DNA from: an uncultured Candidatus Saccharibacteria bacterium
GTDB lineage: Bacteria > Patescibacteriota > Minisyncoccia > Phycocordibacterales > UBA2100
Direction: 5' to 3'
NCBI GenBank assembly: GCA_964623775.1
Contig: CAZUVH010000001.1
Coordinates: forward strand, 40,790 to 104,789
Length of the DNA stretch: 64,000 nt
This document shows, piece by piece, positions 10,074 to 17,424 of the stretch. The notes beneath the pieces are model-generated. The model had not been told where the DNA came from. It ran no database searches and saw nothing but the letters and a program-made list of their open reading frames with translations. Each line of letters opens with the position of its first letter. The first letter of the stretch is position 1. Position numbers and translations under genes: made by a program.

Positions 10074-11165
10074 ATGATGACCGAACACCACAATCACGTG
10101 CATGGCGCACAAAACGTCAAAGTGACGCGCAATACCGATACCTGGGAAGTTGAGCTCAAGGCGGAGATCTCCGCTGAAGCACTCGCAGGATATCGCACCG
10201 AGGCGCTCAAGGAGATTCAGAGCACCGCCAAACTCGACGGCTTCCGCCCCGGCAAGGCCCCGGCCGATCGCATCATTGCCGTCTACGGCGAAGCGGCGAT
10301 CATGCGCGAAGCTGCTGAGCACGCTGTGCAGCACGAATTGCCCGAACTCCTCGCCAAGGAGAAGCTCATGATTATCGAATCCCCCCGCGTGGAGATCGCA
10401 TCTCCAGAGGCAGGCAAGCCGCTCGCCTTTACCGCTCGCGCACCGCTCGCGCCCGAAGTCACGCTCCCCGATTACAAAAAAATCGCCTCCAAGCACAACG
10501 CCAAAAAAGAGGAAATCACTATTTCAGACAAGGAGCACCAGGATGCCCTCATCCACTTGCGACGCGAGCGCGCCCGTATCGACAAAGTAGAATCCGGTAC
10601 AGATGCGCAGAAGGCATCCGAAGAGTCTCGCGCGATGAAAGAGGATGAACTGCCGGCACTCGACGATGAATTTTCAAAATCAATCGGCTACGAGAGCGCT
10701 GCTCATTTTACCGACACCATCCGCGTGAACATGCGAGAGGAAAAGGCGCGGCAGGCGATCGAGAAGCGTCGCACCATGATCCTCGACGATCTCATCAAGG
10801 AATCCCGCATTTCGTATCCGGCGATCCTTCGCGAATACGAGCTCAACGAGATGGAGGGCCGCATGAAGGATGACCTCGAGCGCATGGGCACCACCTTTGA
10901 AGCATATTTGAATCAGACAAAGAAGACGCACGAGCAAATCCGCGCAGATTGGAAAGACGCTGCAGACAAGCGCGCCCGCATGCGCCTCATCCTCGCGGAA
11001 ATTTCCCGCGCCGAAAAGATCGAGCCGAGCCGCGAAATGATTGATCAAGAAGTCGCTCATGCCAAAGAGCACTACAAAAATGCTGACGAAGGCGTCTTGC
11101 GCACCCACATCCAGCACGCGATGAAAAACGAAGCCGTGCTCAAATTCCTCGAGGCGCAAGAATAA
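10074..11165 (+). CDS. tig: Trigger factor (apparently without the FKBP domain)
   Basis: GFRPGKAP ribosome-binding motif, PALDDEF, C-terminal helical domain. Confidence 0.92.
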   Translation: MMTEHHNHVHGAQNVKVTRNTDTWEVELKAEISAEALAGYRTEALKEIQSTAKLDGFRPGKAPADRIIAVYGEAAIMREAAEHAVQHELPELLAKEKLMIIESPRVEIASPEAGKPLAFTARAPLAPEVTLPDYKKIASKHNAKKEEITISDKEHQDALIHLRRERARIDKVESGTDAQKASEESRAMKEDELPALDDEFSKSIGYESAAHFTDTIRVNMREEKARQAIEKRRTMILDDLIKESRISYPAILREYELNEMEGRMKDDLERMGTTFEAYLNQTKKTHEQIRADWKDAADKRARMRLILAEISRAEKIEPSREMIDQEVAHAKEHYKNADEGVLRTHIQHAMKNEAVLKFLEAQE

Positions 11166-11186
11166 ATTCAACGCCGCACGTCTCCC

Positions 11187-11220
11187 GTACCTATCTTAAC
11201 CGGTCGGTTAAGATAGGTAC
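11187..11220. repeat. Near-perfect 34 bp palindrome
   Basis: gtacctatcttaaccg-gt-cggttaagataggtac. Confidence 0.85.
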
Positions 11221-11284
11221 CGATTCCAAGTTTGCTATTTATTTAATATCGTTGTAGAGTATTGACCGGAAAGGATTCGGTCAC

Positions 11285-11455
11285 ATGAGTGAATCGCGTC
11301 GCACTGAGGTCATCGCACGTACGGAGACTATGAAACGAGCGCTCAAGCTCGATCAAAAGACGCTCGCGGAGCTGGGTAAATTGTCTCTCCTGGGGCAAAT
11401 GTGCTTTCTCGCACTCATGCACGAAATGCGAAACGATTCAGACACAATCCACTGA
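11285..11455 (+). CDS. Small hypothetical protein (56 aa)
   Basis: MSESRRTEVIARTETMKRALKLDQ...; AAGGA SD and terminator immediately after. Confidence 0.5.
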   Translation: MSESRRTEVIARTETMKRALKLDQKTLAELGKLSLLGQMCFLALMHEMRNDSDTIH

Positions 11456-11460
11456 TGTTT

Positions 11461-11486
11461 AAGGGCTCCCGATCGGGAGCCCTTTT
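11461..11486. terminator. Terminator between convergent genes
   Basis: aagggctccc-gatc-gggagccctt with T-tract. Confidence 0.75.
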
Positions 11487-11497
11487 GATTTTGAAAA

Positions 11498-11818
11498 TCA
11501 AAGCTCTGGGGCGCGCAACCCCTTCTCTTTCATATCAAGGCGCTCGGCCATTCCAGTCAAAACCGCTTCTTCAATTGTTTTATTCATATCTTCAGGCGAA
11601 ATATCCTCCGATTGCTTGAGTTTGCGATGCAGCCGATTCGCAACCAGATTGGATATGAGCCCAATCTCTTTATCATTCAAAGACTCGCCCTCTAAGAGAA
11701 GTCCCGAGGTATCAATAAATTGCTTTACCTGGCCCTCCATAGCTTGCATCTTTGCGGGATTCGTCGCGCGTAACTCCATCGCGTAATTTGCATGCTCTCC
11801 CTCCAAATGTTCGTTCAT
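11498..11818 (-). CDS. Hypothetical helical protein
   Basis: MNEHLEGEHANY...; the upstream extension in the ORF track overlaps another ORF and a repeat. Confidence 0.55.
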   Translation of the reverse strand: MNEHLEGEHANYAMELRATNPAKMQAMEGQVKQFIDTSGLLLEGESLNDKEIGLISNLVANRLHRKLKQSEDISPEDMNKTIEEAVLTGMAERLDMKEKGLRAPEL

Positions 11819-11874
11819 ATATTCGAGATTTGCTTGTATTGGGATAATAGTACTCCAATCAATCCAAAAGAAAA

Positions 11875-12081
11875 CTACCCCTTGGATTGCTCCTCGGAGT
11901 AGTGGGTGGGACCCATGTCGTCGACATAGTCGCCCGACATGGAATCGCCGTAGTAGGCGGTGTCGTCGAGCCCGCGCATCTCGTCGGCGCATCCGAGATA
12001 GTAGAGCACCGAAGCGAGTAGCGCCGCCGAAGTGACGACGCCGAAGACGAAACCGCCCGAAAAGATCAGAAACTTTTTCAT
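11875..12081 (-). CDS. Small membrane protein (cassette ORF)
   Basis: GGAGG SD directly after repeat copy A; N-terminal TM helix, acidic tail. Confidence 0.7.
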   Translation of the reverse strand: MKKFLIFSGGFVFGVVTSAALLASVLYYLGCADEMRGLDDTAYYGDSMSGDYVDDMGPTHYSEEQSKG

Positions 12082-12094
12082 GCGCCCCTCCAGG

Positions 12095-12133
12095 CTCTAT
12101 CAACCCACGAACCATTTCATGAGCTGAATAAAG
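12095..12133 (-). repeat. Hairpin repeat copy A
   Basis: RNA CUUUAUUCAGCUCAUGAAAUGGUUCGUGGGUUGAUAGAG. Confidence 0.92.
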
Positions 12134-12152
12134 GGGCGGATAGATATCCGCC

Positions 12153-12347
12153 CTAGTAGTCGTAGCAGGAGCGGCAATGTTGTCGCTCGGCCCGCGCAAT
12201 TATCTTGCGGTTATCGCGCGGAATGCGCCGTAAAGGTTTCCCTTTGACCTGCTTAATTCGTCCGCCACCGCCATACAGGCCATAGCGCAACGGCACGTCA
12301 TACAGACCGCCGCGGTGGCGGACTTGGTGAGAGCAATAATGCGCCAT
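12153..12347 (-). CDS. Small basic Cys/His-containing protein (64 aa)
   Basis: AGGGGG SD; MAHYCSHQVRH...HCRSCYDY; stop followed by hairpin and repeat. Confidence 0.6.
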   Translation of the reverse strand: MAHYCSHQVRHRGGLYDVPLRYGLYGGGGRIKQVKGKPLRRIPRDNRKIIARAERQHCRSCYDY

Positions 12348-12384
12348 AGTTCCCCCTGTGTTGGCGATTACGTAAAACGAAGTT

Positions 12385-12760
12385 GCGGCTGCGTGATCCT
12401 GTTTTGTAGCGGCTATCAACACCGCACATGCGCGATTCCTCGCGCATTTTCCTGGGACGAACCCCGGAAGTAGACAGGATCACGCAGTTTGTCCGCTTAC
12501 ATTGCTCGTCGACTTTGAGCAACGCTGTAACCCTCGGCAAAGGTCACAGTAGTTTTGGAAGAGTGCACGGTGATTTTTTCAGCACATGTGTTGATGCGCC
12601 GCAGTGTCCTTTGATTGCACATCCTGTAAGTACAGGGCACAAAGTCTTTGCCTGCCTTAGCAAAGCTGGACACGGGGAGGAGAAGCACCCCAAACACTCC
12701 ATCACCATTCTCTGCCTACGAGGAACTATCGGTCCCCGGAACTGGTTGCGCATTGCCGTG
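12385..12760 (-). ncRNA. Candidate structured RNA including a four-way cloverleaf (12389-12487)
   Basis: 14 bp perfect closing stem ctgcgtgatcctgt/acaggatcacgcag around three hairpins, plus further short hairpins; no convincing SD-led ORF. Confidence 0.55.
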
Positions 12761-12976
12761 CGCTATCTGTAAAAGAACGATCTCTGTTAGCTCACGAAAG
12801 ATTCCCGAGCTAAATAGAGTCCTCGAAGATTCGTCGCCGAGTTTCTTCGAAGAGTTTTTCCCTTTGCGGGAATAGCGCTTTTTGTTGAGCACCACGCGGT
12901 GGTGGTAGCGGTTGTCAGCGAGCATACGCGCCGCCTCACTGCGGGGTTTCGGAAGCTGGATGACAATCTGCTTCAT
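12716..12976 (-). CDS. ArfA-like (alternative ribosome-rescue factor-like) protein
   Basis: MLADNRYHHRVVLNKKRYSRKGK resembles E. coli ArfA [33 protein letters not shown] SD. Confidence 0.55.
   Translation of the reverse strand: MKQIVIQLPKPRSEAARMLADNRYHHRVVLNKKRYSRKGKNSSKKLGDESSRTLFSSGIFRELTEIVLLQIAHGNAQPVPGTDSSS
12782..12819 (-). repeat. Hairpin repeat copy E (inside the ArfA-like ORF)
   Basis: RNA CUCUAUUUAGCUCGGGAAUCUUUCGUGAGCUAACAGAG. Confidence 0.8.
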
Positions 12977-12998
12977 GTGTTTTCCTTTCAAACAAAAT

Positions 12999-13035
12999 CT
13001 CAATCAGCCAACGACCATTCGCGGACTGAATAAAG
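12999..13035 (-). repeat. Hairpin repeat copy D
   Basis: RNA CUUUAUUCAGUCCGCGAAUGGUCGUUGGCUGAUUGAG. Confidence 0.85.
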
Positions 13036-13417
13036 CGGGCGACGATGTGTCACCCATAGGAACTTCAACGAAGCCGGCGTGCCGGAACACCTGGACCTTT
13101 TTCACGGACCCGTCTTTCTGCATTTCATCCACGCTTTCGCGCTTCGAGAATGCATACAGAATTTTGATGTTGCGCGCACGGAGTGCGGCTTCGAGCGGCG
13201 CCATGAAGAAGGGCGCGCCGCCGATCATCACGGTGTCGTACTTGTCATACGCTACCATCTGCGCCAGCGCTTCTGCCTTTGCACGCAGCTCTTTTGCGAT
13301 GGGCAATTGCTCGAATGTGATGAGCGCTTGCACCAGCTCTTTGTCGGCCGGCTCCACTACACCAGCTGCAATTTGGTCCGCGGTCGCCACGTGCTGCGTG
13401 AGGTTGAGGATTTTCAT
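13004..13417 (-). CDS. Csx20/Csx15-like Rossmann-fold protein (possible ring nuclease)
   Basis: MKILNLTQH...Q, MIGGAPFF, YAFSKRESVDEMQKDGSVKKVQVFRHAGF; alternative start 13468. Confidence 0.55.
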   Translation of the reverse strand: MKILNLTQHVATADQIAAGVVEPADKELVQALITFEQLPIAKELRAKAEALAQMVAYDKYDTVMIGGAPFFMAPLEAALRARNIKILYAFSKRESVDEMQKDGSVKKVQVFRHAGFVEVPMGDTSSPALFSPRMVVG

Positions 13418-13480
13418 CCGCTTGCCCTTTCTTTCGATTACTGATTCGATTGCGCCTTCAGATTTCATTTCCCGCCCCTA

Positions 13481-13519
13481 CTCTATCAACTCACGAGCCA
13501 TTTCATGAGCTGAATAAAG
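13481..13519 (-). repeat. Hairpin repeat copy B
   Basis: RNA CUUUAUUCAGCUCAUGAAAUGGCUCGUGAGUUGAUAGAG. Confidence 0.92.
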
Positions 13520-13548
13520 AGATCGAGAAACGCATGCGCCCCTCGATC

Positions 13549-13731
13549 TTAATGATTGGCCGGATGTTCGACGATGTAATCGATGATCGCCCACTGATCG
13601 ACCCGGCCCCAGTCCTTGCGGTCTTCGACCGCCTTCGCGTATCCCGCATATGCACGCGGATTCCGCTTGCGGAGATCCTTGACGAACGCGAGCTCGTCCT
13701 TGGTCTCCCAATAAACCTTCTGCTCGACCAT
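13549..13731 (-). CDS. Small hypothetical protein (60 aa, cassette ORF)
   Basis: GGAGG SD overlapping the end of repeat C; stop followed by hairpin and repeat B. Confidence 0.75.
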   Translation of the reverse strand: MVEQKVYWETKDELAFVKDLRKRNPRAYAGYAKAVEDRKDWGRVDQWAIIDYIVEHPANH

Positions 13732-13741
13732 GACGGACCTC

Positions 13742-13778
13742 CTCTATCAACTCACGACCATTCGCAAGCTGAATAAAG
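13742..13778 (-). repeat. Hairpin repeat copy C
   Basis: RNA CUUUAUUCAGCUUGCGAAUGGUCGUGAGUUGAUAGAG. Confidence 0.92.
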
Positions 13779-13807
13779 TGCGGAGTATTTTTTGAGCCTC
13801 CGCACAC

Positions 13808-13879
13808 TCAAGTTTTTTTCGAGAACCACTCGGCCATGCTTTTACACCGGAGCTTTTCATGTCTACTCTTTCGGCTCAT
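13808..13879 (-). CDS. Putative 23 aa peptide MSRKSRHEKLRCKSMAEWFSKKT
   Basis: Stop immediately precedes hairpin and repeat C, as in the other cassettes; weak SD. Confidence 0.35.
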   Translation of the reverse strand: MSRKSRHEKLRCKSMAEWFSKKT

Positions 13880-13938
13880 CGCCGCTGTAGATCATTCAAA
13901 CCGGCAACCTCGGTCGAGGTGATTTCCCTGAAGTTGCG

Positions 13939-14010
13939 CTACCGACGCAGAGCTTCTCGAGCGTCTTTTAGAGTACGGTAGACGACACCGTTAATTACGT
14001 AATAGGTCAT
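13939..14010 (-). CDS. Putative 23 aa peptide MTYYVINGVVYRTLKDAREALRR
   Basis: Protein-like beta-hairpin plus helix pattern; GGTGGG upstream. Confidence 0.5.
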   Translation of the reverse strand: MTYYVINGVVYRTLKDAREALRR

Positions 14011-14039
14011 GAAGACACCCACCACGTCGCCGACATTCA

Positions 14040-14645
14040 CGTCGACTTCCTCGCTCCCCCAGCCGCGAGGCCTGACTGTGCCACCAAAGCAGCAAAAAAT
14101 TGCAGGAGTTGTGCGTGGTTAGTGCACTTTTATTTAGTGGGACCAACCTCCCACTGAACCGGCTACTCCAAGCCGCACCTCTCCACGACCGGTCGCGAAG
14201 AGGATTACGATGAGGCCATCGTTTTACCGTGACCCCTCCTCCCTCACCTTACGGCGAAGGCCCTCTCAGCAGTCGTTCGCTGCTGCCTGAGCACCCTCAT
14301 CTTGGGGTGGCCAGGTACATTCTTGGAATCCTTTCAGATCCCTTCGCCCGACACCAGGTGCGATTGATCACCAAATAGTTATGATTGCGCTATAAAGCGC
14401 GTAAATTATTAATTGGTGATGTCAGCTGTTGATGTCGGGGCAAGGAATTACGAGTTTGCCCTGCGCCCGCCACCCCACCATGCTTTAAATGGGGTGGGAG
14501 GCGCAGGGCACCTCGCCGTGCCCGTCATCGCTTTCGCGATGGAGGGCTTTTTTGGACCATACAGCCTATTCCGAGGCCGTATGGGTTGAATACCTTTGAT
14601 TGGCTATGGGGTGTGTCAAAGATCAGAAGTCAGCTCGTACTGACA
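14040..14645 (-). ncRNA. Candidate large structured RNA or leader (~600 nt)
   Basis: More than 10 consecutive stems; GAAA, GAAA and GUAA tetraloops on the minus strand; no ORF of 60 aa or more; promoter directly upstream. Confidence 0.7.
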
Positions 14646-14650
14646 GCGGG

Positions 14651-14678
14651 AGTATACACATTTGAATCGATTTGTCAA
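14651..14678 (-). promoter_or_regulatory. Sigma70 promoter TTGACA-16-TATACT, with boxA-like GATCTTTGACA at 14614-14624
   Basis: Seen directly. Confidence 0.75.
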
Positions 14679-14790
14679 GTATTTGTGACACTTTACATTC
14701 TATACCCAAAAAAGCTCTATAAATGAGCGGTTTGTAAGGCTTTGATTAGTCAGTCCTGTATGTCATTTTTGCCTTGTAAAATAACCACAT

Positions 14791-14819
14791 TTGACAACCT
14801 TCAGTGACCGGTATATAAT
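14791..14819 (+). promoter_or_regulatory. Perfect consensus sigma70 promoter TTGACA-17-TATAAT
   Basis: Seen directly. Confidence 0.85.
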
Positions 14820-14825
14820 GTCCAT

Positions 14826-15055
14826 AGTGCTGAAGGAGGCACTCGGGTACTTCCCGGGCCCGCAACTTCGGGTTTCATGTGCAAAAGGGAGAATCTCGTG
14901 ATTCTCACACGTGGTGACGGCGGCGGCGCATAACCGACTGTCGTGAAAAGAGATGGAAAGTGATGTGTGAAGTTTGAGTCCGGCATCATTTCGGGTTCGG
15001 GATTGTCACATGTCCTTTCCCCAACAGGGCGGCTCTGCGAGAAGCAGAGCCGCCC
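14826..15055 (+). ncRNA. Candidate small RNA or micro-ORF transcript
   Basis: Lies between a perfect promoter and a strong hairpin; several internal hairpins; only an 18 aa ATG ORF. Confidence 0.45.
15027..15055. terminator. GC-rich terminator-like hairpin
   Basis: gggcggctctgc-gagaa-gcagagccgccc. Confidence 0.7.
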
Positions 15056-15061
15056 ACAACT

Positions 15062-15823
15062 TTATCTTTTTTGCTCGAACTGACCCATTTCCCACAGTAA
15101 AGAGAACAACGTGCTAACACTTTGCGTTATTTCCTTACTTTCTATAGCAACGCCGAACACTTTCCCCTGTAATGCCATAATGGCGACTGTGTTGTTGTAA
15201 ATATAAATATCCGAATGTATCGGCATTCGATCATAGGGGATGAAACGACGCTCTGTAAATTCCACAATGTCGTCGCCGGAAAACGGACCATCCTTGCGCG
15301 TGTAAATAGCTTTGAGGTAAATCCCTTTCGCAGAACGTTTTTGAGCGTGGTCATATCGCTCCTTCTCGGAGTACACATTTGCGAGTGCGTCATGACAATA
15401 AATAAATTTTAATTCAGTGCCACTCGGCAGTGCGAGCAAGCTGTCTCGCATTCGTGCGACACCTTCTTTCCCATCAAAGAATCGTACGATAGGACGCTCG
15501 CCAGCTCCCTCAAACTTTTTTGTGAGTTCGGGAAGGATGGTGGCGAGGTCATTTTCCCTCGATTCAAATTCTCTTTTTTTCGCGTCGAAAATTTTCTTAA
15601 GCAATTCTGGTGATTCGGGGGCAAACATCGTCTTCTTCCCTTCTTCGTAGGTGCTCATGAGGCCCATTTTCATGAGCGACTCGAGCTGCACATAGGTAGT
15701 AGGGCGTTTGATCTTTGCATGCTTCGCGAGCTGATCAGCAGTAGCTTGGCCGATCTCGAGAGCTGCGAGATACACACGCGCTTCTTTTTCCGAGAGACCA
15801 AGATCTTGGAGTTCTTTTAACAT
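15062..15823 (-). CDS. TrmB-family transcriptional regulator (HTH plus PLD-like effector domain)
   Basis: LGLSEKEARVYLAALE, IKRPTTY, VRFFDGKEG, DIYIYNNTVAI. Confidence 0.88.
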   Translation of the reverse strand: MLKELQDLGLSEKEARVYLAALEIGQATADQLAKHAKIKRPTTYVQLESLMKMGLMSTYEEGKKTMFAPESPELLKKIFDAKKREFESRENDLATILPELTKKFEGAGERPIVRFFDGKEGVARMRDSLLALPSGTELKFIYCHDALANVYSEKERYDHAQKRSAKGIYLKAIYTRKDGPFSGDDIVEFTERRFIPYDRMPIHSDIYIYNNTVAIMALQGKVFGVAIESKEITQSVSTLFSLLWEMGQFEQKR

Positions 15824-15934
15824 CTTCGTATTGTATTGCACAAATGCCTGTATCAAAAATGAATGCTGTTAAAAATTAATTTTAAAAGATTCGGAGGCAC
15901 CACTTTCGTGATACCTCCGTTTGTTGCAACGCGC

Positions 15935-16120
15935 CTACGCGCCGCCACCGTTCTTCTTGCGCGACCTGGCGGCCTTGCTGCCGACGCCGGCGACCGGCGC
16001 GCCGCGCTGGGGCAGGGTCGACTCCTTCTTTCCCTTGCGCCGCTGACGGATAAACCGCTTCGCGGCATTGTTGGAGCACTTGCGCGCGTCCGCCACGAGG
16101 GCGATCGTCTTCGAGTCCAT
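15935..16120 (-). CDS. Small highly basic protein (61 aa)
   Basis: Promoter TTGACA-17-TAAACT (16162-16190), GGGAG SD, hairpin at ~15891-15918. Confidence 0.6.
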   Translation of the reverse strand: MDSKTIALVADARKCSNNAAKRFIRQRRKGKKESTLPQRGAPVAGVGSKAARSRKKNGGGA

Positions 16121-16227
16121 GTCAAATCTCCCATTGATGCACCGATCTTGATGCTGGCGAGAGTTTAGCACACTTAAATGCTTTTGTCAAGATCTATTTC
16201 TTGGCTCTATCGCTCGCTTTTTTTGGC

Positions 16228-16554
16228 TTAGTGGAGCGTCTCGTCCTGGTCACGATACGCATCGATTTCAAACCGCTTCACGATATCCTGCGCCAGCATT
16301 TTTAATGTTGCCTCATCATTGAGCGAGATTTTTTCCGGATCGAGGTCTTTCTCTCTCAAAATTTCATGAAAGTAGTGCGCCGGGACATGCTTATCGTCGT
16401 CGCCGGCACCCCATTCCATCATCGCATCTGAATGCTTATAACCTTCTTTTGTCCCGCCCTGACGTTGGATATTGAAAACGATCTCTGCGATCCTGCCTTG
16501 CAACAACATCTCGCGTTTGTATTTTTGCTTATCGAATCCTCCTTCAAATCCCAT
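16228..16554 (-). CDS. Hypothetical protein
   Basis: ORF with a -10-like TACACT just upstream of the ATG. Confidence 0.55.
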   Translation of the reverse strand: MGFEGGFDKQKYKREMLLQGRIAEIVFNIQRQGGTKEGYKHSDAMMEWGAGDDDKHVPAHYFHEILREKDLDPEKISLNDEATLKMLAQDIVKRFEIDAYRDQDETLH

Positions 16555-16623
16555 AGATAACAGTGTATCAGATGTGAAGAAAAATTTGGCCCTCATTGTC
16601 GATCTCTGATACACTCTTTTTAT

Positions 16624-17214
16624 ATGCAGAACATCAAATCCCAGCTCGTACCAATGGTCGTAGAGAAAACTTCCTTCGGCGAACGCGCATACGATATCTA
16701 TTCGCGACTTCTCAAAGAGCGCATCGTCTTTTTGGGCGGCCCGATCGACAATGAGGTGGCCAATCTCGTCGTCGCACAGCTCCTCTTCCTCGCATCAGAG
16801 GACCCAAAGAAAGACATCTCTTTCTATATCAACTCCCCCGGAGGCATGGTCACGGCCGGCCTTGCGATCCTCGACACCATGAATCATATCCAGCCCAATG
16901 TATCGACCGTCTGTGTGGGCATGGCCGCCTCGATGGGCGCCGTCCTCCTTTCGGCTGGTCAAAAGGGTAAGCGTTTTGCGCTCCCCAATGCCGAGGTGAT
17001 GATCCACCAGCCCTCAGGAGGTGCCGAGGGTATGGCTGCGGATATCGAGATCACAGCCAAGCAAATCCTCAAACTGCGCCAGCGTCTCAATATGATTTTG
17101 GCCAAAAATACCGGCCAAAAGCTCGAAAAAATCGAAAAAGACGTCGATCGCGACTTCTTTATGGATGCCCCGGAGGCCCTCAAGTACGGCATCATCGACA
17201 AGGTTCTCGGGTAG
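16624..17214 (+). CDS. clpP: ATP-dependent Clp protease proteolytic subunit
   Basis: DIYSRLL, YINSPGG, GMAASM, MIHQP. Confidence 0.98.
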   Translation: MQNIKSQLVPMVVEKTSFGERAYDIYSRLLKERIVFLGGPIDNEVANLVVAQLLFLASEDPKKDISFYINSPGGMVTAGLAILDTMNHIQPNVSTVCVGMAASMGAVLLSAGQKGKRFALPNAEVMIHQPSGGAEGMAADIEITAKQILKLRQRLNMILAKNTGQKLEKIEKDVDRDFFMDAPEALKYGIIDKVLG

Positions 17215-17424
17215 AAAACCTCTCACGTACCATCGAAAAGCGCGACACTAGCCACATTGTAAAATTGTGGTACACTCGCCGTGTACACTCTATTAGCTAT
17301 GAATTTCAAATTTTCCAAAACCGCTGGGGGCACCGACATGCAAAAGAAACCCATTCTTAATTTTCCGAATCTGGGGAGTTTTTCGCATTCGTAATCACTC
17401 ACGCGGTGGGAATAACCCACGCGT

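Noticed and set aside
12095-13778. CRISPR array
   Set aside because: Spacers are 180-650 nt and contain genes, the repeats diverge, and there are no cas genes in the window
12095-13778. Classical integron attC array
   Set aside because: Repeats are shorter than known attC sites and match RYYYAAC/GTTRRRY only loosely; the G-U pairing favours the sense RNA; the recombinase at 27.7 kb looks like ordinary Xer
14040-14645. RNase P, tmRNA, SRP RNA or group II intron
   Set aside because: Their signature sequences were not recognised by eye; a covariance search is still needed
11498-15055. Intact prophage
   Set aside because: No capsid, terminase, tail or adjacent integrase genes
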